From NCBI GenBank assembly GCA_037927135.1, contig JAXSPP010000001.1, forward strand, positions 1 to 64,000: a stretch of 64,000 nucleotides of DNA. The letters run 5' to 3'. The DNA comes from Candidatus Pampinifervens sinense. GTDB lineage: Bacteria > Aquificota > Aquificia > Aquificales > Aquificaceae. The notes beneath the pieces are model-generated. The model saw only the letters and a program-made list of their open reading frames with translations, searched no databases and was not told the DNA's origin. A program made the position numbers and the translations under genes. This document shows positions 1-8,647 of the stretch, piece after piece; position 1 is the stretch's first letter, and every line of letters starts with the position of its first letter.

Positions 1-151
1 AAGCTTTTCAATGCTGGTAGTGGGTGGAGGACTTTAACTTGTGTGCTTGTGTATGTATATGCTTATGCTATTGGATATAGTTATTACAGGAGGGGTGAAC
101 TTGAGGTCTAATTTCTCACCCAGCGTACAAAAATGCATTATATTTTTTACC

Positions 152-1819
152 ATGCTAAACTTGGCCTACGGCTTTAAAGGATATACCCTTTTGGTAGCCT
201 CTTTCCTTCTTCTTGTGGTAGTCCTCATAGTTGGCCTATTTCATATAGAAGAACGTGGTATTGTTTTCTACGCGGTGCTTGGTGGCATTTTAGCCTTATT
301 TAGTTTTTCCCTATTTTCTTATCTTCTGGGTGTATATGCCTATTTAAAGGAAGAGTACTCAAAAAGGAAAAACCTTTGGTCCTTTATATTTGACTTCTTG
401 GCAGACCTTAGGCTTGCCATTTTTGTCATGATAGTCCTTGGCATACTTTCCATGCTTGGCTCCACCTACGTGCAACAAAACCAGCCCATAGAGTTCTACC
501 TTGACAGGTTTGGTGCAGATTTAGGCTACTGGCTTTGGAGGCTTTGGATAACCGATGTTTTTCACTCATGGTATTACATAGGACTTATCGTATTGCTTGC
601 CATAAACCTTATAGCATGCTCCTTCAAAAGGCTTCCAAGGGTTTGGGTACAAACCTTTACAAAGGAGAGGTTTCAAAAGCTGGATGAGCACATGGAGAAG
701 CATCTCAAACCCATTTCAATCCATATAAACCCTTCCGAAGAGAAGGTGGTTAAGCTCCTTCAAGGGATGGGCTTTAAGGTCTATATGGAGAGGGAGGGTG
801 AAAGAACCTACTTTTATGCGGAAAAAGGTAGGTTTTCACGCCTTGGTGTTTATGTGGTGCACATAGGCCTTTTGGTAATCATGGCTGGAGCACTCATTGA
901 CGCCATATGGGGTATAAGGGGCACTGTAATAGTGCCAGAAGGGTCAAAGAGCGATACACTACTCATTCCAGCAAAGGAGAAGGCTATAAAGCTCCCTTTT
1001 CAGATAGAGCTTGAAGACTTCCGAATAGTTAGCTACGAGGAGGAGTTCAAAAGGAAGGGTAAGGTAAAGGAGACACCCTTTAAAGATGCCATAGCGAGCT
1101 TTGAAAGCGACATAAGGATCATTCAGGATGGTAAGGTGGTGGCAAGTGGTACAACGGCTGTCAACTCTCCCTTTGATTTTGGAAGCTACAGGATATTCCA
1201 AGCTACCTATGGGCTCACAGGTGAGGCTGGAATAGCTAAGATAGCCATCTTTGACAAGGCCTTGGCACCAAAGGACCCACAAAAAGCCTTTATAGGAGAA
1301 GTAGAACTAAGGGCTGGAAAGGTTTCAGAGTTTAAAGACATGCTTCTTTCTATAGATAGATCCACATTAAACATTGAGGATGAGCAAAAGGGCCTTCAGG
1401 GGGAGTTAAAGCCTGCCTTGGTGGTAAAGGTGCTAATGGATGGAAAATCCTACGATGTGCCAGTGGTATACTCTCCAGAACTTAGTATTTTTGCCCAGAC
1501 TCAGCTAGCACAGCTCAAAGACTTTCCCTACATCTTCTTTCTTGTAGAATTTGAGCCTCAATACTTTAGCGGTCTTCAGGTGTCACGCCAAGCTGGAACA
1601 CCCATCATATGGCTTGGCTCCATCTTGGTAGTGGGTGGTATGCTAATAGCCTTTTACACAGTTCATAGAAAGGTTTGGGCAAGGCTTGAAGGAAACACTT
1701 TAAAGGTAGCCTTCTGGTCCCACAAGTTCAAAGAGGAGTTCAGGAAAAGCTTTCTAAATTCTTTGGAGGTGCTAAAACATGAGGATCCTTCTCATGGAAA
1801 AGAACTTAATACTTCTTAG
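152..1819 (+). CDS. resB: Cytochrome c biogenesis protein ResB/CcsB (system II)
   Basis: N-terminal TM helices, LGSTYVQQ, DVFHSWYY, RLGVYVVHIG and C-terminal SGLQVS..GTPIIWLG motifs typical of ResB/Ccs1. Start moved from GTG 41 to in-frame ATG 152, which has TATATT 7 nt upstream. Confidence 0.88.
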   Translation: MLNLAYGFKGYTLLVASFLLLVVVLIVGLFHIEERGIVFYAVLGGILALFSFSLFSYLLGVYAYLKEEYSKRKNLWSFIFDFLADLRLAIFVMIVLGILSMLGSTYVQQNQPIEFYLDRFGADLGYWLWRLWITDVFHSWYYIGLIVLLAINLIACSFKRLPRVWVQTFTKERFQKLDEHMEKHLKPISIHINPSEEKVVKLLQGMGFKVYMEREGERTYFYAEKGRFSRLGVYVVHIGLLVIMAGALIDAIWGIRGTVIVPEGSKSDTLLIPAKEKAIKLPFQIELEDFRIVSYEEEFKRKGKVKETPFKDAIASFESDIRIIQDGKVVASGTTAVNSPFDFGSYRIFQATYGLTGEAGIAKIAIFDKALAPKDPQKAFIGEVELRAGKVSEFKDMLLSIDRSTLNIEDEQKGLQGELKPALVVKVLMDGKSYDVPVVYSPELSIFAQTQLAQLKDFPYIFFLVEFEPQYFSGLQVSRQAGTPIIWLGSILVVGGMLIAFYTVHRKVWARLEGNTLKVAFWSHKFKEEFRKSFLNSLEVLKHEDPSHGKELNTS

Positions 1820-2075
1820 TAGGATAAGGTCTTCTCTAAGCGGTCATGAGGTAAGGGCTGGAGGAGAATATCAGGGAGAGGATATTGTTCTTATAAACCT
1901 TGAGCAATTTTCTCCAGAAGTAATCAAAGGTTTGAAAGAAAAAGGTGCAAAAGTTATAGCCTACTGCGGACATAAAAGGCTTGACCTTATAAACTTGGCA
2001 AAAGAGTTGGGTGCGGACCTTGTGGTTCCAAACAGCCAGATAATAAACACAGCAGATCTTATCTTAAAAGTTTAA
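1779..2075 (+). CDS. Small single-domain receiver-like (pseudo-receiver) protein
   Basis: MRILLME..., DIVLINLE, KVIAYCGH, AKELGADLVV resemble the CheY fold; phospho-Asp position is Asn. GGAGG upstream; overlaps resB end. Confidence 0.6.
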   Translation: MRILLMEKNLILLSRIRSSLSGHEVRAGGEYQGEDIVLINLEQFSPEVIKGLKEKGAKVIAYCGHKRLDLINLAKELGADLVVPNSQIINTADLILKV

Positions 2076-2351
2076 AAACTCCATCTTAAGGTCTAACAAG
2101 AACTCAGGATAGAACCTCTCTAAAAGGTTTTTTGTCTTCACAAGGGTTTCCTCCGCTATTGTTCTTTCTCCCGCAACGCATACAAAGGCAAGACTTGCCC
2201 TCTGCCAAAGGTCATGATGATCCACCTCCGCTACCGATACATTTAAAGAGGACCTTACCTTATCCTTTATTGACCTTATAAAATGTCTTTTTTCCTTAAG
2301 AGATCCGTTTTCTGGAAAGAATAGTTCTACTCTAAGTATGCCAAGCACCAT
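2064..2351 (-). CDS. DUF503 family protein
   Basis: SLKEKR...NVSVAEVDHHDLWQRA signature. Confidence 0.9.
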   Translation of the reverse strand: MVLGILRVELFFPENGSLKEKRHFIRSIKDKVRSSLNVSVAEVDHHDLWQRASLAFVCVAGERTIAEETLVKTKNLLERFYPEFLLDLKMEFLNF

Positions 2352-2378
2352 GGGTGTTTATATTATAATAAAATTTCC

Positions 2379-2825
2379 GTGTTTTGGCTAATAGTGTTTA
2401 TAGCTTTTCTAAATGCCTTTGCCTTTGACTGTAAACTTCTAAAAGCAAGGTACCTTGCACTAAAAGACGATATGGTTTATGAAGACCTTATGAAGGAAGC
2501 GGAAACTTTGATAGATATAGCATGCAATAAAGGAGATAAAAGGGCTTTAAGGTCCGCAGATAAAATCTTACAAGCCCTTGAAAATATAAAGTTTCCAGAA
2601 AGCTTTGGAAAGGATAAAATTGTAGCAAGTAAAAGGCTAAGGAGGGCTTCTATACTTCTCAATGAAACTCAGAAATATTCAAAAAAGTATCCACAGCTCT
2701 TTGCTTACCAACTCCTCTTCTATCAGGTTGCCAGGGAAAATTACAGAGTAGGTGATTATGAATATGCTTTAAAATACTCTATAGCATCTTACAATCTAGG
2801 TAGAGCCATACTGGAGCTAAGATGA
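2379..2825 (+). CDS. Hypothetical exported helical protein
   Basis: 148-aa ORF with signal-peptide-like N-terminus (AFA|F); stop overlaps trmI start (ATGA). Confidence 0.65.
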   Translation: MFWLIVFIAFLNAFAFDCKLLKARYLALKDDMVYEDLMKEAETLIDIACNKGDKRALRSADKILQALENIKFPESFGKDKIVASKRLRRASILLNETQKYSKKYPQLFAYQLLFYQVARENYRVGDYEYALKYSIASYNLGRAILELR

Positions 2826-3562
2826 TTTTTAAAGAGGGTGATTATGTGCTTATTGTAGATGAGGAGAAAAGGTATCTAAAGCGCCTTACAAAGGACCTTA
2901 ATCTAAGCGTAAAGGATAGGATTATAAAGTTTGAGGATATTGTTAACAGGAGGGTAGGTGAAAGGGTCAATGGCTTTTATCTTCTTACACCAAGCTTAGA
3001 AGATATCATACTACATGGCTTCAAAAGGAAAACACAGATAGTTTATCCCAAAGACAGCTTTTACATAGCCTTTAGGCTAGGCCTGTCAAAGGATAAAAGG
3101 CTTCTTGAGTTTGGAGTGGGAAGTGGTGCATCTACAGCTGTATTTTCCCAACTCGCTGGGGAGGTGTGGGCCTATGAGATAAGAGAAGACTTTTATAAGC
3201 TAGCGAAGAAGAATTGGGAAAGCTTTGGTCTGTGTCAAAATGTAAGGCTTGAGAATATGGATTTTATGCTTGCAGATTTGCCGGAAGATTTTTTTGATGC
3301 GGTCTTTGTGGATGTAAAAGATCCACTACCTTACATAGGAAAGGTTTGGAAGGTTCTAAAGCCTGGCGCTTCTTTTGGAAGTATATTGCCTACTGCCAAT
3401 CAAGTTAGCGCTTTGATAAAGGCCATGGAAGGCCTATTTTGTGATATAGATGTTTTGGAAATACTTCAAAGGCACTATAAGATAAACCCAGAAAGGCTAA
3501 GGCCACAGGACAGCATGGTAGCGCACACGGGCTACCTTGTCTTTGCAAGGAAAAGGATATAG
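2822..3562 (+). CDS. trmI: tRNA (adenine-58-N1)-methyltransferase
   Basis: RKTQIVYPKD, LEFGVGSG, RLRP..SMVAHTGYL motifs of the TrmI/GCD14 family. Confidence 0.92.
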   Translation: MIFKEGDYVLIVDEEKRYLKRLTKDLNLSVKDRIIKFEDIVNRRVGERVNGFYLLTPSLEDIILHGFKRKTQIVYPKDSFYIAFRLGLSKDKRLLEFGVGSGASTAVFSQLAGEVWAYEIREDFYKLAKKNWESFGLCQNVRLENMDFMLADLPEDFFDAVFVDVKDPLPYIGKVWKVLKPGASFGSILPTANQVSALIKAMEGLFCDIDVLEILQRHYKINPERLRPQDSMVAHTGYLVFARKRI

Positions 3563-4116
3563 CCCTTTATATCTGGAAGGTCTATTCTGCAATAGTCATA
3601 ACCTTCTGGCACAGTGGCCCCTTTCATTATGAGTATGTATCTTTTTGAAAGCCTATCCAAAATGGGCAAAATATCCTTTAGCTTTCCCAAGGCTCTGCAG
3701 ACCACAAGGTCAAACTTTTCCTCCACCTTTTGAGCTTCTTTACATATGACCCTGTAGGAAAGTCCAAGCTTTACCTTTATATACTCAAGAAAGGCACACT
3801 TTTTTGCAACAGACTCTATAAGAGTAAGATCTATCCTATCTTTGTAGTATATCTTTAGTGGCACACCGGGGAAACCTGCACCACTACCCACATCGCACAA
3901 AGAAAGCCCATCCACCTTTATACCCTTTTCTTCCAAACAAAGGCTCACGCTTACAGAATCTAGAAAATGTCTTATGATAATCTCTTCGTCCTCCTCTATG
4001 GCGGTCAGGTTATGAACTTTGTTCCACCTTTTTAGCTCCTTAAGGTATATATCAAAGCTTTTTATCTGTTCTTCAGATAGGCTAAAACCGTTCCTTTGAA
4101 ATATTTCTCTTATCAA
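3532..4116 (-). CDS. rsmG: 16S rRNA m7G527 methyltransferase
   Basis: WNKVHNLTAI, HFLDS, DVGSGAGFPGVPL. Confidence 0.95.
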   Translation of the reverse strand: MIREIFQRNGFSLSEEQIKSFDIYLKELKRWNKVHNLTAIEEDEEIIIRHFLDSVSVSLCLEEKGIKVDGLSLCDVGSGAGFPGVPLKIYYKDRIDLTLIESVAKKCAFLEYIKVKLGLSYRVICKEAQKVEEKFDLVVCRALGKLKDILPILDRLSKRYILIMKGATVPEGYDYCRIDLPDIKGYILFLAKTR

Positions 4117-4700
4117 CCCCTCAGAAGAAATCTTATGTCCTCCGCCATCTTTTGTGGATCCTGCTTAGAAGGTGTATAAAGGAGTTTTATCTTGTTGTCC
4201 GGAGTGATAAGGTATATGGTGGCAGTATGATCTATAAGGTAGCCACCGGCCGACTGACCTTCTACCTTTTTGTAATAAGCTTTATACTCCTTTGCCACCT
4301 TTCTTATCTCTTCCTCAGACCCTCTTAGACCTACAAAGGTAGGATTGAAGTAAGGCACATAGCCTTTTAACACCTCTTCCGTGTCCCTTTCTGGATCCAC
4401 ACTTATGAAAAGCACTTGCACCCTTTGAGCTTCCTCCGGTTTTAGATACTTCATCATCTTTGCCATTGTCTCAAGGGCTGTTGGACATACATCGGGGCAG
4501 TGTGTATAGCCAAAGAATATGAGCACTATCTTCCCTTGGCTTGTGTAATCGGATAGCTTTACCCTTTTTCCATTGTGGTCTGTTAGCTCAAAGTTATAGG
4601 CTGGCTGGTCAAAGAGATGACCATAGAACTCATGCTGTTTTTTACAAGAGGCTACAAAGGCCCAAAGAAGGGCTATAAGAAAGGTTAATTTTCTCCTCAT
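4113..4700 (-). CDS. SCO1/SenC family copper chaperone lipoprotein
   Basis: FGYTHCPDVCP (CxxxC), ISVDPERD, IDHT; lipobox-like VASC. Confidence 0.93.
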   Translation of the reverse strand: MRRKLTFLIALLWAFVASCKKQHEFYGHLFDQPAYNFELTDHNGKRVKLSDYTSQGKIVLIFFGYTHCPDVCPTALETMAKMMKYLKPEEAQRVQVLFISVDPERDTEEVLKGYVPYFNPTFVGLRGSEEEIRKVAKEYKAYYKKVEGQSAGGYLIDHTATIYLITPDNKIKLLYTPSKQDPQKMAEDIRFLLRG

Positions 4701-6010
4701 AATTTAAAATTATAGCAAAGGCTTACCCTTGTACCAAGACCCTTTTTACTTTCTATCTTCATGTTCATACCGCTCTTTTGGGCTATAAGCCTCACTATGT
4801 ATAATCCAAGGCCTGAACCATCCTTATCTGTAGCCTCCCTGTAGAAAAGCTCACCCGCCTTTTCTGGATGATCCATGCCTATGCCTTCATCCTCAACCAC
4901 TATACACCCATCCTTAAAATAAAGGCTTATCCTTGCACCCTTTTCCGAATACTTGTAAGCATTTTCTATAAGATTTCTCAAGGCCAGTTTAAAGTATTCC
5001 TTGTCCACCTCTATCTCCTTGTCCTCTTCAAGATATTCCACGAAAAAGTTTCTTTCCTCCTTTATAAACTCATACTCCTCTTCTATCTCCGCAAAAAGCT
5101 GATTTATGCTCACCCTTTCTACTTTTAGTGGCATTTGAGATTCAAGCCTCATTATGGTAGCAAGCTGTGTTATAAGCCTTTCCATCTTTTCCGTCTGTGC
5201 TTGCACTCTTGAGTATATCTCCCTTAACTTTTCTTCTCTATAGGCACCCATCTGTAAAAGCTCCATCTGCCCCTTTATATAGGCCAAGGGTGTCTTTAAA
5301 GCATGGGTTATATTCCTTATAAACTCCCTCTGCCACAGGATTATGCCTTTTAGCCTTCCCACCATATTAGCATAAGCCTCTTCCAAAAGACCGAACTCAT
5401 CCCTTCTTCCACTTACCCTTATCTCTATATCTAGTTGACCTTTAGATATAAGTTCTGATATCTCCCTAAGGTAAGATAAAGGCTCAAGAAGCCTTTTTAT
5501 CAAAAATACTGCAAGCAAGGATGAGAAAAGAGATATGAGTAAAACCAAAGCACCTGTAAAGATTAGTATCCTTTGCTCTATCTTCCTTATGCCTTCCAGC
5601 TTTCCCAACACGATAAGCTTATAATGCCCTACCTCTTTAACTATAAAGGCATACTCTCTTCCTATACCTTTCCTTTCCTTCAACATAAGCTTTATCTCTT
5701 CCTCTTCCACCTCTGGCATATTTCCTTCCAAAAAGCTCTCCCTGTTTACAACCTTTCCCTTTTCATCCACCAAAATACTGGCTATTTCCCTTGAAACCAC
5801 ATCCTCTGCAAGAAGTTTTGCATAAAAATCAGGATTTTTATAGTATCTTCTGTAAAAGTCTATAAGTGGTTTTATCTGGTACTCCATGTAGCTAAGCGTA
5901 TATTCATAAAGGGTTTTCCTTATGATCAAAAGGCTAAAGGAAGAGAGCAATAGAACACTACCTATATAAAGACTAAAGAAAAGAATTAGAGCTTTAAGCC
6001 TGACTGACAT
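4697..6010 (-). CDS. Membrane sensor histidine kinase (HAMP-HisKA-HATPase)
   Basis: Two TM segments, HAMP (RRDEFGLL), H-box THALKTPL, N-box NLIENAYKY, DEGIG, GSGLGL. Confidence 0.92.
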   Translation of the reverse strand: MSVRLKALILFFSLYIGSVLLLSSFSLLIIRKTLYEYTLSYMEYQIKPLIDFYRRYYKNPDFYAKLLAEDVVSREIASILVDEKGKVVNRESFLEGNMPEVEEEEIKLMLKERKGIGREYAFIVKEVGHYKLIVLGKLEGIRKIEQRILIFTGALVLLISLFSSLLAVFLIKRLLEPLSYLREISELISKGQLDIEIRVSGRRDEFGLLEEAYANMVGRLKGIILWQREFIRNITHALKTPLAYIKGQMELLQMGAYREEKLREIYSRVQAQTEKMERLITQLATIMRLESQMPLKVERVSINQLFAEIEEEYEFIKEERNFFVEYLEEDKEIEVDKEYFKLALRNLIENAYKYSEKGARISLYFKDGCIVVEDEGIGMDHPEKAGELFYREATDKDGSGLGLYIVRLIAQKSGMNMKIESKKGLGTRVSLCYNFKL

Positions 6011-6674
6011 CCTCTACGCTTAGCATATAACCATATCCTCTTACAGTTTTTATGAGCTTGTGTTCTTTATCTCCCAGCTTGTTCCTTAGATTTTTTATAT
6101 ACACATCTACTATGTTAGAGCCTTCTCCATAGGAATATCCCCATACCTTCGCGTATATCTCTTCCCTACTTACGGCACATCCTGCCCTCTCCATAAGAAG
6201 CTTAAGTAGGTTAAACTCCTTTTGAGTAGTATGTATCCTATTGCCCTTATAATAGACTTCAAGAGACTTTAACCTAAGTTCAAGATCTCCTACCTTTAAA
6301 ACATCAGGCCCCTCCTTCTTATACCTTCTTAATACAGCCTTTATCCTTGCCACAAGCTCTTTGAAGGAAAAGGGTTTGGTTATGTAGTCGTCTGCACCCG
6401 CAGAAAGACCTTCCACTTTATCCTCAATCTGAGCCTTTGCTGTAAGCATAATTATAGGAATATCCTTTGTCTCTCTTATCTTTTTGCACACTTTTAAACC
6501 ATCCATTTTGGGAAGCATTATGTCCAAGATAACAAGCTGATAATCTTCTTCCATTAGCTTATTTATTGCACTGTATCCATCGGTTACCCAATCCACTTGA
6601 AAGCCTTCATAAGTTAGCCCCTCTTTAAGAAGCTGCCCTAAGGCTTTATCATCTTCCACAATGAGAACCCTCAT
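5994..6674 (-). CDS. OmpR/PhoB family response regulator
   Basis: VLIVEDD, ILDIMLP, GADDYITKPF and winged-helix IKTVRGYGY. Confidence 0.95.
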   Translation of the reverse strand: MRVLIVEDDKALGQLLKEGLTYEGFQVDWVTDGYSAINKLMEEDYQLVILDIMLPKMDGLKVCKKIRETKDIPIIMLTAKAQIEDKVEGLSAGADDYITKPFSFKELVARIKAVLRRYKKEGPDVLKVGDLELRLKSLEVYYKGNRIHTTQKEFNLLKLLMERAGCAVSREEIYAKVWGYSYGEGSNIVDVYIKNLRNKLGDKEHKLIKTVRGYGYMLSVEDVSQA

Positions 6675-8077
6675 GCCTCTTGCAATCTTATATATTCCTC
6701 TACTTTGAGTATTCTAAGTATGTCTCTGTAAGGTTGAAGGGCAATCTCTAACTCTTGTGCAAACCTTTCCTGTCCTAATACATTATAACTTAGATCGAGT
6801 AAGAATTGTAAAAAACTAAAAGCTTCATCTCCATTTTTGGGCTTTTTTCTATAAAGTATCACACCTTCTTCATACTTTAGAACATCTGATGATGATAGCT
6901 GAGAAAGAACCACATGGTTAAGATGGCTCGCATATTTTAAGAGAAGTCCATATATTACGTTAAGTAAAAAAAGGTGTACAGTATCCTTTGTATTTTCCAT
7001 AGACTGAAGAAAAATAAGATCAACATAACCCACCCTTTCGTAAGATATTTTGTTTATAAGTTTCAGACCCTCCTTAAAGTCTTCTCTGGCAATACCTAAA
7101 AGTGCTCCGTTTTTGAACATTATGTAATCTTTGTAAGTACCAGCATATATGATTATAACCCCTGTTCTATTTTCTGCACTCATGGACATTAGCATCTTTC
7201 CTATTTCCACAAAAGATGTGGGCAAACCATTTACAACCTTATTTTCCGCATGCTTTAACACGAGAAGATCTAGCATATTACTACTAATCCTTACTGCATT
7301 TAAAAAAGACTTACCTTTAGGGTTTAATAGGAGTTCAAAGACTTCTGGTGTACATGGATATATTGCAAATAACTGACCTCTTTTATAGTATAGTTCATAT
7401 TCAAAATCGTCTCCTACAACTTTGAGTATACCTGTAAATTTTCCAAGTTGAAAGCTTTCTAAAAGGTTTATTAGATTTATTTTTTCACTTTCTACTTCTT
7501 TCATAATATAATCAAATTCAATTTCTTCCTTTAAACCCTCTGGATTCTGAAATTGATTTATATCTAAATAGCCAGCAGAAAAAAGTGTATTAAGATATCT
7601 TATTTCTTCAATTAAACTTCTAGAAGAATGCACAAGTATATGATAGATACTTTTACCATCATAATATTGATCATTTTCAAAACTTTTAATTACCTTTACA
7701 ACGGCAAGTGGAGTTATTACTTTATCTAAAAGGTTCCTTAATTCTGTATGCACAAGCTGAAGCTGCAATATTAACTCTTCCGCAGATATTGGATCTTCAA
7801 GGTTTGTTATTTCTTCAATGGAATCTTCTCTAAATGTAAAGAAAGCAAAAGGATGTTCCATAAATTCAAATAGGTGATATAGAAGTAAAGATCTTTTGTT
7901 TGCTTTGGATAAATCTTCAGGTACATTTAACTTGAAACCTTTTATTAACCCATTTTCTACGTAAAGAGATACAGTGTTTACACCAAAAAAGAGATTTAAT
8001 AAACCTACTTTACTGAAAAGACATCCATTTAATAAATCTACAAAATCCTGCTGTGAAGATAAATAACCCGATATCAT
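6671..8077 (-). CDS. Hypothetical protein with about three PATAN/DUF4388-like repeats
   Basis: Repeated helix + (T/V)GxLxx..hYhxxG pattern: SKVGLLNL..LYVENG; KFTGILKV..LYYKRG; NRTGVIII..IMFKNG. Domain call is by eye. Translationally coupled to the GTPase upstream and the regulator downstream. Confidence 0.6.
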   Translation of the reverse strand: MISGYLSSQQDFVDLLNGCLFSKVGLLNLFFGVNTVSLYVENGLIKGFKLNVPEDLSKANKRSLLLYHLFEFMEHPFAFFTFREDSIEEITNLEDPISAEELILQLQLVHTELRNLLDKVITPLAVVKVIKSFENDQYYDGKSIYHILVHSSRSLIEEIRYLNTLFSAGYLDINQFQNPEGLKEEIEFDYIMKEVESEKINLINLLESFQLGKFTGILKVVGDDFEYELYYKRGQLFAIYPCTPEVFELLLNPKGKSFLNAVRISSNMLDLLVLKHAENKVVNGLPTSFVEIGKMLMSMSAENRTGVIIIYAGTYKDYIMFKNGALLGIAREDFKEGLKLINKISYERVGYVDLIFLQSMENTKDTVHLFLLNVIYGLLLKYASHLNHVVLSQLSSSDVLKYEEGVILYRKKPKNGDEAFSFLQFLLDLSYNVLGQERFAQELEIALQPYRDILRILKVEEYIRLQEA

Positions 8078-8646
8078 AGTAGCATTTTCTCCACCTTTGA
8101 TACAAGATAATCTTCAAGAAGCTTAAAAGTTTCTATAACACCTTCACCTTTTATGGCGCTAGCACATACTGATGGAAATTTATCAGTATTTATATGCTTT
8201 TCTAACTCCTGATAACTCAGAGCATTAGGAAGATCCATTTTATTATATTGGAAGACCAAAGGTACATCCTGTAAATTTTTTCCAACTCGCATAAGGTCCG
8301 CTTTGAGCAGGCTGTAAAAGTTTAAATTTTCGGTTAACCTTTCCCTCTGAGAATCTACTACAAAGATAAGACCATCCACACCTCTAAGGACAGTTAGTCT
8401 TATATCCTTATATATATCCTGACCAGGTACAGTATATAAAGCAAAGGAAAGAGTTACATCCCCTACTTTTACCTTCTTTGTGGTAAAGTCAAAAACTAAA
8501 GTTCTTTCTCCCTGTGTATCAAGTTTTATAAGATCTAAACCTTCTATTTGTGCAAGCTTTTCAAGATTCGTAGTCTTGCCAGATTGAGCAATACCATAAT
8601 ATACTACCTTCAATCTGATTATCTTTTTCCCAACATCCACTAACAT
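8074..8646 (-). CDS. mglA: MglA-family small Ras-like GTPase (copy 2, no adjacent mglB)
   Basis: LKVVYYG..SGKTTNL, ERTLVFDF, LYTVPGQ, GVDGLIFVVDSQ, QYNKMDLPNA, SAIKGEGVIETF match MglA G1-G5. Confidence 0.88.
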   Translation of the reverse strand: MLVDVGKKIIRLKVVYYGIAQSGKTTNLEKLAQIEGLDLIKLDTQGERTLVFDFTTKKVKVGDVTLSFALYTVPGQDIYKDIRLTVLRGVDGLIFVVDSQRERLTENLNFYSLLKADLMRVGKNLQDVPLVFQYNKMDLPNALSYQELEKHINTDKFPSVCASAIKGEGVIETFKLLEDYLVSKVEKMLL

Positions 8647-8647
8647 A

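Noticed and set aside
1-151. ResB extension from GTG 41 and a possible 3' gene end at 1-111 (frame 1, ...RRGELEV*)
   Set aside because: ATG 152 has a better promoter context; the upstream fragment is too short to identify.
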